From Octopus bimaculoides (lineage: Eukaryota): a stretch of 64,000 nucleotides of DNA. The notes below the pieces were generated by a model. The model worked only from the letters and a program-made list of their open reading frames with translations. It searched no databases and had not been told where the DNA came from. Position numbers and translations under genes: made by a program. How positions within the stretch are numbered: position 1 is the stretch's first letter; the number at the start of each line of letters is the position of its first letter. The stretch lies in assembly GCF_001194135.2 (NCBI RefSeq), contig NC_068984.1:25110142-25174141 (forward strand), given 5' to 3'. Shown piece after piece: positions 24,746 through 37,262 of this stretch.

Positions 24746-25133
24746 CTCTAGACTACTTTATCCAATGTGTACCTTCCTCTTTGAAATAGAATGATATCAT
24801 TTGAGAGAGATTTGGCTGATATTGTATACAGGTTGAGTAAACCTGTGGAGGCTTCCTTGTTAGCTCAAGAATTGATAGTCTTCTTCTTAAATCCTTAGCT
24901 GGCAACTGGAGGAGTAGACCGTCCTCGTAACTGGGTGATGCTGGGTTGATAGCAATATATATCATCTCTTACCACCTTATTTACCACAGAACGCTTTTTT
25001 CACCCCACCCCCACCCCTCTTTCTTTATACACTCCATTATTTTGCTAACAGCATCCTCCCTCCCACTACTTCCATTCATCTCCCACCGTTCCCACTTTTA
25101 TGTACCTCTGATTTCATCCCTTGTACAATGTGT

Positions 25134-25134
<1 letters not shown>

Positions 25135-25218
<84 letters not shown>

Positions 25219-25225
25219 ACTCACT
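25135..25225. repeat. (CT)n microsatellite inside an RTE pyrimidine-rich 3' UTR
   Basis: Directly visible; followed by a family C end at 25620-25910. Confidence 0.95.
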
Positions 25226-25959
25226 CTCTCTCATTGCCCCTCCATACGCTTCACATCATCTGTACTGCACCTTGCCACCTCCCTAACCCACACTTACTTC
25301 TACATTCCCCTCCAGCTAATATTCATGGTCGACCATGCTTCCACCCATGTTCACCACTCACTGCACCCTACCCCCTCAGTCCATCTGTCATTCTCCTTCT
25401 ATGCTCTTATGAACTTACCTATCCACTCACCCTGTCCAATCCTCTGTGTCACTTCTCTTATATTCACTTTCCTGAAACTTGAGGATACAAGGATACAGGA
25501 AATACCCTGACACATCTTTACCACCATCTTCCTCTTCCCTCTGCCATACTTTATCTTCCCATCACCCAGCATAATGCCACCTTCCTTAATACCACATCTC
25601 CTCAGTTGAGGGATTCATGTCTTGTGAGTTACTTGGTGACCTCACTGTGGCAGGTACCACATAAAAACGACCAGTACATTATGTAAAGTGGTTGGCACTA
25701 GGAAAGGTATCTAGCTGTAGAAACCATGCCAAAGTAGACATTGCAGCTTGGCACAGTTCTCTAGCTTGCCAGCTCTTGCCAAACCCTCCAACCCATGCCA
25801 GCATGGAAAATGGACATTAAACAATGATGATAACGACGATGATGATGATGATGTTCACAATGATGATGATGTTCACAATGATGATGATGATAATGATGAC
25901 AATGATGATACAGCACTAATGTACTGAGGAGGTGTCAGTCCCTTGTAAATTCTTACACA

Positions 25960-26380
25960 CACACACACAAAGTAACTGCCTATACTACAGTATGCTCGCA
26001 AGACTTGGACAGTTTATGAATGTCACACCAATAAAAGCTAAACCACTTCCACATGAACTGCCTGAGAAAAAGCTATTGACAATCACCTGGCAAGACAAGG
26101 TCCCAGACTTGAGGGTCCTCTCTCAAGCTGATCTGCCAAGGATTTACACACTGCCGAGGAAAGTGCAAGTCAGGTGGGCAGGCCATTTTGTTTGAAGGTC
26201 TGACATGTGATTCCCCAAGAGACTGTTTTACAGCGAACTGGCAGAGGGCAAGCACATACAAGATGGACAGAGAAAAACCACTTCCAGGATACACTCAAAG
26301 TCTCACTGAAGAGCTTCGAGATCAACTCTGACACCTGGGAGACACAACTGCAAGACTGAGAAGAGCTAGAAGATGGACAA
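25960..26380 (+). pseudogene. RT C-terminal fragment of a second RTE family (BovB/RTE-1-like)
   Basis: LLTITWQDKVPDLRVLSQADLPRIYTL..KVQVRWAGHFV...PKRLFYSELAEG...FQDTLKVSLKSF. Confidence 0.8.
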
Positions 26381-26391
26381 AATTTCCCCAA

Positions 26392-26525
26392 GACACCTGA
26401 TGAAGGCTGGAGTGTATATCAGCCAAAACATTGTGTTAACAACAAACAAGATGAGGACAAATATCCGTCAAATATAAATAATGTAAATAATATACATAAT
26501 TCCTCATCTCTTAAATATAGAACTG
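26392..26525 (+). mobile_element. Probable Penelope-like pseudo-LTR fragment with decayed hammerhead
   Basis: GACAC-CTGATGA-A-GGCTG(GAGTGTATAT)CAGCC-AAAA-CA-T-T-GTGTT; GAAA and ACGT are each altered by a CpG-type change. Confidence 0.6.
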
Positions 26526-27287
26526 AAAAAAGAACTTTGTTTATTTTAATTTTGAAAAATAAAAGCAGTATTTAAAAACTGCATTATTTATTGGATGACC
26601 CAATATATATAGATATAAATATAAACTCTCACACACACACACACACACACGCACACACACACATGCATTTTTATACATCAAGTGGTCAATGCTTTTAAGC
26701 ATCACATGGAAATGAAACTGAGCCACACCAAGAAAGGAAATCCTTCTAGATTCTCATTTTTCCTCACTAGAACATGCCAATATAAACATCTGAAATTATA
26801 ATTAAAATATATTTAAAAGAGAATTACATATCAACAGGCTAGGGCTTGCAAGCTGTTTCCAGTTAGATCTGCAATTTGTGAAACAAAAAAATAGTATTTA
26901 CATTATATATCTTATTGATTTATATTATTGTATCACAATATTCGACCAACTGTTTCCATGTTAACTTGCATTAACACTTTGATAGCGCAAGATATGAGAG
27001 CAGACCAGAATGTATTAGAGATACTATGACACAATACATTTACTTGATAACATGTAATTTTATTTCACAGGTGTTTGATATTTTGATGTATCCCTAGTGG
27101 AAAGGAGCTGCTGACTGTTTGACATATTGTTGAATAATATCCCACAATACTATGTGGACTATTATAGCTAAATATTCAATAACTATGGAATAGGAAATAA
27201 TGTCCCACTAGATCTAACAAAATATAATAGCCAAATAATATATAGAAGATATTTTATGCACAACACATAAATTTATTTCATCATCAT

Positions 27288-27530
27288 CATCATCATCATC
27301 GCTGTTTAACGTCCCCTTTCCTTGCTGGCATGGGTTGGACGGTTTGACTGAGGACTGGTGAGCCAGAAGGCTGCACCAGGCTCAATCTGATCTGGCAAAG
27401 TTTATACGGCTGGATGCCCTTCTTAACGCCAACCACCCTGAGAGTGTAGTGGGTGCTTTTATGTGTCACCGGCACAAGACCCAATCAAGCAGTTCTGGCA
27501 ACAACCACGCTCAAAAGGTGTTTTTTACAT
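27288..27530 (-). mobile_element. RTE 3' UTR (family C) with (CAT)n tail on the plus strand
   Basis: Reverse complement of the 8690-8946 family. Confidence 0.85.
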
Positions 27531-27985
27531 GCTATATGTAGTGGTGGGGGGGGGGATGAGGATGATGATGATTATGATGATCTAGAAACTAGATTTAAAC
27601 ACCCTTTGTCCATTGCTGCTGAGCAGATATTTACATTGTACATTTATATTACTTGATATGAAATAGAATAGTGTTGCTGCCTATTCAATACAACCAATAT
27701 GGATACAAATACTTACATGACAGAATCACCATTTGCCTTGCTGGTATGGGTTGATAATGATTCCATAATGACAAACATTATCAAAGGAATGAAAAGTAAA
27801 ACAAATTCCATGATAAATATTACATAATTAGTAATCACTAACTGAAATTGAAAAATTCCCAGGCAAATAGTATTTAATTAATATTCATTAATTAAAATTG
27901 CACAACAGAGTCACATAGCAAAGGTATGGGTTACTGGAAGGAATCTTTATTAAGAAAAACCGGCTCATATGCTTAATTCTTGCAA

Positions 27986-28197
27986 TACAAGGGAGTACTG
28001 GAAAGTTCCTGACTTTGTGTAAAAGAAAATACAGGCAGATCAGTTAATTAAGATTTTATTCAACATATTTCCCTTTCAGATCCACACATTTTTTGCTGCA
28101 GTCCTTCAGTTGTTTTAGGCCCTGCAAACGAAATTGGAAGGTTGGGCCTCTAACCAAGCCTTTCACGATACTCTTAAGGCCAGGAACTTTTCAGCAC
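27986..28197 (-). mobile_element. Mariner-derived MITE (~210 bp)
   Basis: TIRs GTACTGGAAAGTTCCTGAC / GGCCAGGAACTTTTCAGCAC; interior matches 13310-13510 reversed. Confidence 0.75.
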
Positions 28198-28288
28198 GGG
28201 ACAGAATGCCTTTTGCTATTTAGTTATGACCTCTTGCGGGAGTCAATTTTACCTCTCATAACTCTGAGGTCAATAAATTAATACCAGC

Positions 28289-28816
28289 GAGCTGGCAGAA
28301 ATGTTAGCACACTGGGCAAAAGGCTTAGCAGTATTTTGTCTGCCGCTACGTTCTGAGTTCAAATTCCGCCTTGGTCAACTTTGTCTTTCATCCTTTCAGG
28401 GTCGATTAAATAAGTACCAGTTATGCACTGGGGTAGATATAATCGACTTAATCCATTTGTCCCCTCTTTGTGTAGCCCCTTGTGGGCAGCAAGAAATAAG
28501 AAACGTTAGCACGTCAGGCGAAGTGCTTAGCAGTATTTTGTCTATCTTTATGTTCTGAGTTCAAATTCCGCTGAGGTCAACTTTGCCTTTCATCCTTTCG
28601 GGGTCGACTAAATAAGTACTAGTTATGCACTGGGGTCAATGTAATCGACTTAATCCCATTGTCTGTCTTTGTTTGTCTCCTCTATGTTTAACCCCATCAT
28701 CATCATCATCATCATCGTTTAACATCCGCTTTCCATGCTAGCATGGGTTGGACGATTTGACTGAGGACTGGTGAAACCGGATGGCAACACCAGGCTCCCC
28801 ATGTGAGCAATAAATA
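28289..28816 (+). mobile_element. SINE family A dimer with nested truncated RTE 3' end
   Basis: Two tandem A bodies; ~100-bp family C piece (28698-28796, minus) flanked by CCCCAT; whole block flanked by AATAAAT(T/A)AATACCAGC. Confidence 0.8.
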
Positions 28817-28833
28817 AATAAATAAATACCAGC

Positions 28834-29110
28834 AGAGTAGTGAAATAGATAAAATAAGTAAGTACTAGCTAAATACTGGGGTTAATAAAATCAAAAGCAG
28901 CTGAAATCTGAAACTGATGAAACAAGAACTAGTTGAGTACTGAGGTTGATAAAATTAGAAGCAGCTGAGTTGTGGAGCAGATAAGGCTAGGATCAGCTGA
29001 GTACTGGAGTGAATGAAACAAATACCATTTGAGTGGTAGTGGTGATAAAATAAGTACCATCTAAGTATTGAGGTTGATAAAATTAGTATGAGCTAAGCAC
29101 TGGAATTGAT
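28834..29110. repeat. Degenerate ~30-bp minisatellite derived from a SINE A segment
   Basis: Recurring GAGTACTG(A/G)GGTTGATAAAAT(A/T)AG units resemble the SINE A segment GATAAAATAAGTACCAGTTG..CTGGGGTC. Confidence 0.65.
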
Positions 29111-29869
29111 CAAATTAACTCTACACATTCCCCCAAAAGTGAGGCTTTGTGCATATGCTAGAAATCAATACTTTGTTGAATTTGACATTTCCAAATGTAT
29201 TTTGGTCATTGATTTCAACATTTATTCCTCCATAATTATTTTAATAGTCTCTTTTTTTATATCCTACCATGGTTGCTGGTCATCATGTTTAGTGTTGTAT
29301 GATGTCACTATTTCATATCCACAACTGAACAAACAGTAACAGTTGAGCTAATGGAGGAACACCACCTACGCAGTTGCTTGGCTTACGTGATGGTAGTAGA
29401 GCTAAGTCTCCCACAAATGACATCCTACAATGTTGTTTTCTACTCTAAGCACAAGGCCCGAAATTTTGGGGGAGGAGGGGGGGCAGTCGATTAGATCGAC
29501 CCCAGTATGCAACCGGTACTTAATTTATTGATGCCGAAAAGATGAATGGCAAAGTCGACCTCGGCTTCTGCCAGCTCACCGCTTTCAATATTAAAAGAAG
29601 ACAATATGAAATATCCTACAATATTAAAAGAGCATATTAAAGAATGCACTGTCTGAACAAAGATGGAATTGTTACAGCTAGAACATCTTTGAGCCAAGTT
29701 CTACTTAATCAAGACTGACCAGGGTTAAAATAAAAACAACAGTATCCAGCAACAGAATCATAGTAAAATAGGTGTAGCAATAAGATTTCTCCACCTGTCA
29801 TAGTAGAATTTAGTAGAAAGTGTAATAAAGTTACTAAGTAGAAAACATCAACTCTGAATGTATAATATA

Positions 29870-30128
29870 TTCATTTATTTATTTCAGTCATTAGACTGCG
29901 ACCATGCCAGCGCATCACCTTCAAGAATGTTTTAGATGAATGAAGCAACCCCAGTACTTATTCTTTTAAAACCTGGTACTTATTCTATCAGTCTCTTTTG
30001 CTGAACTGCTATGTTACAAGCTGATAGATTCACAAACCAGTTGCCAAGAGGTGATGGAGAACAAACACAGGTGCAAAGATGGAGAACAAACACAGGTGCA
30101 AAGATGGAGAACAAACACAGGTGCAAAT

Positions 30129-30176
<48 letters not shown>

Positions 30177-30365
30177 TGTTATACTTGAGGATACACATAT
30201 ATATATATGATTGGCTTCTTTCAGTTGCTATTTACCAAATCCACTCACAAAGCTTTGATCAGCCTGAAGCTATAACCAAAAATACTTGCCCAAGGTGCTA
30301 CACGATGGGACTGAACCCAGAACCATGTGGTTGGGAAGCAAACTTATTACCACACAGCTATGCCT
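29870..30365 (-). mobile_element. SINE family B with internal 25-bp x3 repeat and (CA)n
   Basis: (GATGGAGAACAAACACAGGTGCAAA)x3 at ~30053-30127 inside the SINE. Confidence 0.8.
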
Positions 30366-30579
30366 GCGCTTCATCATCATCATCATCAAAAAATTCGCAA
30401 TTAAAATAACCAGGCGTGGTTGTGTAATAAGAAGTGTACTTCCCAACTACATGGTTCTGAATTTAATCTCACAGCATGACACATTGGGCAAGTGTCTTCT
30501 ACTATAGCCCCAGGCCAACCAAAGCCTTATGAGTGGAAAGAAACCCATCATGCGTGTGTGTTCTGTATGTATGTATATC

Positions 30580-31500
30580 ATTATCGTTATCATTATCATT
30601 TAACATCTGCTTTCAATGCTGGCATGGATTAGACCAGGGGTTTTCAAACTTTTTGACTTGTGGACCCCTTTATATTTCAGGCTTTACCTTATAAAACGCT
30701 TATGAAATTTATACATAAATATTTGCTTAGAATAACATATATTTTTGCATTTATTTATTTAACAGTATTTAACAAATAGGTTTATTGTCAATTAAAAGAT
30801 TTTGATTAAAAAACATATATAAAATCAAATTGCCCATAAAAAGTATTTGCTGTCCACGGACTCCCTGTCTTGTCCTTGCGGACCTCCTGTGGTCCACGGA
30901 CTACAGTTTGAAAACCCCTGGATTAGACAGTTTGACTGGAACTGGTAATCTGGAGAGATGTACCAAGTTCCAGTCTAGTTTGGCATGGTTTCTATACCTG
31001 GATGCACTTCTTAGTGCCAACCACTCCAAGAGTGTAATGGGTGCTTTTATGTGCCACCAGCATTGGCCACGATTACAATTTCACTTGGCTTGATGAGTCT
31101 TCTGAAGCACGGCATACTGCCAAAGGTCTCAGTCACCTGTTATCGCTTCCATGAGGCCCAACATTTGAAGATCATGCTTCACCACTCTCTCCCATGTCTT
31201 CCACAGGTTCTCTCCACAGTTAGAGATCAGCACTTCTTTACACAGCTGTCCTCATCCATACATATCACATGGCTATACCAGTGCAGTTGCCTCTTGCACA
31301 CCACATCTTTTGTCCAACTTTTCTGTCAAGATGCTGACAATCTGTCATACATGCACACTGATATTGCACATCCAGGGAAGCATACTAGCTTCATTTCTTT
31401 CAAACCTACACATGTTCTCAGCAGTCACAACCCATGTTTCACTGCCATGTAACATGGCTGTTCATACCCAGACAACATACAGTCTGCCTTTCATTCTGGG
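30580..31500 (-). mobile_element. 5'-truncated RTE LINE (RT C-terminus plus family C UTR) interrupted by a hAT MITE
   Basis: RT-like sequence at 31090-31500 is contiguous with the family C UTR and (CAT)n tail. Confidence 0.8.
30635..30920. mobile_element. hAT MITE, same family as 24427-24745, perfect 8-bp TSD
   Basis: GATTAGAC|CAGGGGTTTTCAAACT...AGTTTGAAAACCCCTG|GATTAGAC. Confidence 0.93.
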
Positions 31501-32689
31501 CTGGGGAGGGGAGGAGGGAGTAAAGGAAGATATACATATATTACCTGTGCCCATTTGTATATCTACAAGATATATTTACTTAGCACCACAAACCCTGTAG
31601 ATATGTGGTTTGATTCAGTCAGTGAGTCTGCATTTCTTTTTTGCCTCAAAGCGGTGGTGGTGGTGGTGACAGCTGTTAGCCATGGATCAGCTTTTGCTTA
31701 ACAACAATATGGTCCATCATAAATCAAAGGCCAGTGAAGAACAGATTTTACCATAGTTGCTGAAACAGTGATAAAAGAATCTCTAAGAAAACATGCAAGA
31801 TTGTATGCTGGCTGACACAGCAAACTAGAATTGTTTAGAGAATAAACAACTTTTGGAGACCACCAATCTGAAAAACAATAGTTAAGTTGGTGTTAACATA
31901 ATTAATACATCAAACATCAAAACATTAAGTAGATGTAATTAGGTGGTGAGGAAAAATAACATTAGTTAATTATTAAATAGAGGTCAGTCAGAATTTCCAA
32001 TCACAAGTTGGTCAATGAGCCAAACTACCAGACTCATTGAATCAATATCTATGTGATTGAGTATTCCACAGATACATTTAGTCTTAAAGTAATTCCCAAA
32101 CAGAATCAGTGTGATGCAGTGTAACAAAGCTGGGCTATTGAATTACTGGTATAATCCATCTAATGGGCTTCTACACAGTTTCTGTCTTCCCAGTTTCACT
32201 CATAAATTATGAGTTGACTCAAGGCTACAGAACATGATACTTACCCAATTTACCTGACAGCAGAATTGAAACTGGGACTTCATGAATGCAAAGTGAACTT
32301 TTTAACCATACTGTATGCATTAAGCCATTTGTTTCCTATGGAGCATTGGCCATCAACAAATTTTCTCCAGTGTTCTCAACTCTGGGTTGTTATTTCTATT
32401 TTCCCTGAGGTAAAGCTTTCCTCTCACAGGTCTTGTTGGCTTTGAATTGTATTCGATGCTTCCGTAACTTTAGTTTTTTTTCTAGGTAGAGGTATTGGCC
32501 CTGTTCAAATCCAGTTTTACCAATGAGAAGACATGGTCCATATTAATCTGGCCTCTCTCCTTTGACCACTGCAGCTTGTGCTCCAGTGGCATTGCTCTCA
32601 GGGTCATTGACGCACACCAACAAAGATTGGACCTTATGGTGGCTAATCATACTGTTCCAACAGTTAATGATTAATATTACTTTTCCAGC

Positions 32690-32905
32690 AAAGTGATGGG
32701 TTGGCAGAATCATTAGCACTGGGCAAAATGCTTAGCACCATTGCATCCATCTTCACATACTGAGTTCAAATTCCACCGAGGTCAACTTTGCCTTCCATTC
32801 TTCCAGGGTTGATAAAATAAGTACCAGTTGACCACTGGAGTCAATGTAATCGACTTACCCCAACATCTCAACTTGCTGGCCTTGTACCAAAATTTGAAAC
32901 CAATG
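32690..32905 (+). mobile_element. SINE family A
   Basis: TTGGCAGAATCATTAGCAC...GAGTTCAAATTCC...AAGTACCAG. Confidence 0.85.
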
Positions 32906-32949
32906 TTACATTTCCAACAACAATGTTGGCCACTTTTTCTAAATCCAAT

Positions 32950-33120
32950 ATCTCTACTTCCCATGAACACGCTTATAAAATCAAGAAACAGCACCAAGCT
33001 TATGATGTTGGAAACATTTTTTTAAAGCTCATAATAGTCAAAGCATGGAATAAACCATCCACACTATTTGTTAGCTGTCAGGACACTACATCCATCAAAA
33101 GATCTGTATTCCCTGAAATT
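32950..33120 (+). pseudogene. Possible CR1/L2-like LINE 3' coding fragment
   Basis: HAYKIKKQH...IIVKAWNKP resembles the CR1 RT terminal GH.YKL.K....RVV.AWN.LP motif. Confidence 0.45.
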
Positions 33121-34037
33121 CACAAACACTACTCTATTTCCTCTTTATAACATTTTTACTCTTCACTTTTCTGTCTTCTTGTGCTTTATCCTGTATACTG
33201 TACATATATTTTTGGTTATTGTTGCTGCCTTTCTTCACTTGACTTATTCTTGCTTTCATTTCTACCATTTACTTTTTCTGACAAGTTGTGCACCTAAGCA
33301 CTGTATACAATAAGCTCATTATTTTAAAACATGGAGACAACTGTGGATATATTTCAGTATTATTATGATCTCATCAGCAAATCAGACACTTCATTGTATT
33401 CAGTTTCTATGATAAACAAATATCAAGTCAACCAACAAATAATAATGTATTTGATGAAAGATATTTAAATCTACTTCTAAAATTGAAACAGATATATTCT
33501 CAGAATTATAATAAAAATGTTCGCAAATGTATGCTATTTGGGTATCATAGAATTTTTTTTCTCTATGCAGCCTATTTTATTATTGTTGCTCTTAATGTCA
33601 ATAGATTCTGACGAAATTTGGTAAAGCACCAAATTTTATTCTTTATGGTATTTTAGAGTCTAGTTAGCTTAAACTCTGACTCAATTATTAAAGGTTGAGA
33701 GGAAATAACAGCAAAAACATGCTAGAAAACTATCTATTTTAATTCTAGTGAGGAACAGAAAGTTGGTTGAAATGAGACATTAGAGATGAATGTATTATGA
33801 TATATGTCTGACTACATTTTCTTTCACCTATTTCAGTCACTGGACTATGGCCATGTTAGGGCAGCTTCTTCAAGGGATTTTAGTCTCTTATATTAATGTC
33901 AGTGCTTCATCTGGTATTTAGTTTATTGTTTACATAAGATATGATATCCAAAAGTTAAATATGGCATAAAGATAATTCAGTCAGACTTAAATACTACAGG
34001 ACATTTCTGAACAAATGTACCAGTTTTCATCTTGCTT

Positions 34038-34100
<63 letters not shown>

Positions 34101-34346
34101 TTTATATATATATAATTATAAATATGCAATATATTCATACAAGTATATATACATATATACTGGTACCTCTGGTGGTGTAAAGCACTTATGGTGGTGCCAT
34201 GTAAGAGCACCTGTGCATTTCTATATAAGAGCACCCATATTGGGCCATGCAAAAGCACCCATATGGTGCCATGTAAAAGCGCTTATATGAGGCCACATAA
34301 GAGTGCCTGTGTGGAGCCATGTAAACACACCCAGCACACTTCTGTT

Positions 34347-34745
34347 ATGGACGATGGGGCTCCTTGTCACACAGCTAAAAAGACCCAAGATTGGTTGGGA
34401 AAGAATGGCATTAAAAACTTCCATGGCAACCAGTCACCAAATATGATCTCTATTGAACACTTCTGGGGCATAAAGGACAGAACACTTCATAAAAAGAACA
34501 AGAAGGCATCCTCAAAGCCAGATCTTTTGAGGTTACTGCATGAAACTTGGCGAGATATTCCCCAAGAGAATATTCGTCAAGGATCAGTAGCATGCCTTAT
34601 GGGAAACTTGCATTGAAAAATGCAAAGGGAATGTCTACTAAATATGAGATATTCTCTTTATAATAATTGATAAATAATCTGAACCTATAATTTCAGATTT
34701 AAATAAATTTTAATGATTATATTTACTTCTGTCGTGTTTGTGCAT
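34347..34745 (+). pseudogene. Tc1-type transposase C-terminal fragment
   Basis: MDDGAPCHTAKKTQDWLGKNGI...GNQSPNMISIEHFW...W..IP...KNAKGMSTKY matches Tc1 QDGAPCH, SPDLNPIE.W and AKG..TKY motifs. Confidence 0.8.
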
Positions 34746-35103
34746 ATATGTGTGTATGTGTGGGTATAATAATAAATGACTGAGAGTGTTAGAACACCTA
34801 TACTGCTAGAAACAAAAGCTAAAGCAATCTGTTGCTGCTGTCAATGCACATATAGCTGTATACACATATACTAGCAGTGACCATAGATGATCAAAAACTG
34901 ACGGCTGTGATATCCCCTTACTGTACGATTTCAGTTTTAGGCTGAAGCATCATCAGAAGGATCGGGAGTTCACCAATTCCTGGACAGCTGTGTTATGAGC
35001 ATGTATGTTTACTCCATTAAAAATTTATGGATGAGTTAGCAAATGACTAATGTGTATACAAATAATTAAATGAGGCAGCTAATTAGCAGAGTTTCACCAA
35101 AAA

Positions 35104-35148
<45 letters not shown>

Positions 35149-35954
35149 NNNNNNNNNNNNNNNNNNNNNNNNNNNNNNNNNNNNNNNNNNNNNNNNNNNN
35201 NNNNNNNNNNNNNNNNNNNNNNNNNNNNNNNNNNNNNNNNNNNNNNNNNNNNNNNNNNNNNNNNNNNNNNNNNNNNNNNNNNNNNNNNNNNNNNNNNNNN
35301 NNNNNNNNNNNNNNNNNNNNNNNNNNNNNNNNNNNNNNNNNNNNNNNNNNNNNNNNNNNNNNNNNNNNNNNNNNNNNNNNNNNNNNNNNNNNNNNNNNNN
35401 NNNNNNNNNNNNNNNNNNNNNNNNNNNNNNNNNNNNNNNNNNNNNNNNNNNNNNNNNNNNNNNNNNNNNNNNNNNNNNNNNNNNNNNNNNNNNNNNNNNN
35501 NNNNNNNNNNNNNNNNNNNNNNNNNNNNNNNNNNNNNNNNNNNNNNNNNNNNNNNNNNNNNNNNNNNNNNNNNNNNNNNNNNNNNNNNNNNNNNNNNNNN
35601 NNNNNNNNNNNNNNNNNNNNNNNNNNNNNNNNNNNNNNNNNNNNNNNNNNNNNNNNNNNNNNNNNNNNNNNNNNNNNNNNNNNNNNNNNNNNNNNNNNNN
35701 NNNNNNNNNNNNNNNNNNNNNNNNNNNNNNNNNNNNNNNNNNNNNNNNNNNNNNNNNNNNNNNNNNNNNNNNNNNNNNNNNNNNNNNNNNNNNNNNNNNN
35801 NNNNNNNNNNNNNNNNNNNNNNNNNNNNNNNNNNNNNNNNNNNNNNNNNNNNNNNNNNNNNNNNNNNNNNNNNNNNNNNNNNNNNNNNNNNNNNNNNNNN
35901 NNNNNNNNNNNNNNNNNNNNNNNNNNNNNNNNNNNNNNNNNNNNNNNNNNNNNN

Positions 35955-36200
35955 GGACTTTCGAGCGAGGTCGTTGCCAGTGCCCCTGGACTGGCTCTTG
36001 TGCGGGTGACACGTAAAAGCACCCACTATACTCTCTGAGTGGTTGGCGTTAGGAAGGGCATCCAGCTGTAGAAACTCTGCCAAATCAGATTGGAGCCTGG
36101 TGTTGCCATCCGGTTTCACCAGTCCTCAGTCAAATCGTTCAACCCATGCTAGCATGGAAAGCGGACGTTAAACGATGATGATGATGATGATGATGATGAT
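35955..36200 (+). mobile_element. Young RTE 3' UTR (family C) emerging from a gap
   Basis: Begins GGTCGTTGCCAGTGCCCCTGGACTGG, as at 2299-2329; ends in (GAT)n. Confidence 0.9.
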
Positions 36201-36202
36201 GA

Positions 36203-36240
<38 letters not shown>

Positions 36241-36769
36241 TCTGTTTTTAAGAAAATATTGCTAGATGCATGGGTATGGGTGCCAATGAACTAATATATC
36301 GAAAGTTGCAACAAATGGTAATATAATATGTCAATAAAAAACATTTATTAATACATTTTTTTAAACTAAATATTGTGATGAGAGGTGGATTTTAACATTC
36401 TAGGTCACAATCATCATTGTCTCCTTTCCAGCTATTCTCACTAACACTTATAAAATGCAGAGTAGCAGAGTATCTCCTCTATAGCTGTCCACCTATCACA
36501 TTTTAGCCTCTCAACTAGCACCTGGCCTCACTACTGTCTCACTCAGTTGGGGGTTCTCTCTTCCTTTGTCTTGTAAGTTACTTGGTGACCTCACTAGTGT
36601 TGGTGCCAAAGAATTAGCACCCAGTACATTCTATAAAGTGGTTGACATTAGGAAGGACATCCAGCTTGAGGAACCATGCCAAAACTGACATTGGTGCTCA
36701 ATGCAATTCTCTGGCTTGTTGGATCCAGTCAAATCATCCAGAAATCCAGCGTATTCCAGCATGGAAGAC

Positions 36770-36802
<33 letters not shown>

Positions 36803-37262
36803 GTGGTGGCATATAGCATACAACAAAACATGAGAGATAATTTATAAGACATTTAGTTACACCATTTAAACTAACATTTCATTAACATGAGATGGTTATT
36901 AGTTACATTATGTTAATTACATAATTAAGATTTAGTGTAAAATCATAACAGATGCGTAACATTTATATGTAACAATATTAGACTGCAGAAATGCTGACAG
37001 AAACAACCATTGCTTGCCATCTCCATGATTGTTGATTCTGCTAACTTTTCTACAAATCAACAATGTTATGTATACAAGTTACATGTTTCTGATGATTTGA
37101 CAACAAGTCTTGGTTATGTAATTTATATTATGTAACTCGTAATCACCTTGTGTTAATGAAATATAGGTAGGATGATGTAACTAAATATCTTATAAACAAT
37201 CCTTCATGTTTTATTTTATTTTCTACATATACTCTGTGAAACATGGATTCATTATCTATATA

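Noticed and set aside
33345-33385. Minus-strand CTGATGA...GAAA
   Set aside because: No stem II pairing between the two motifs.
33608-33640. CTGACGA followed by a perfect 8-bp hairpin
   Set aside because: No GAAA after the stem and no stem I or III; insufficient for a hammerhead.
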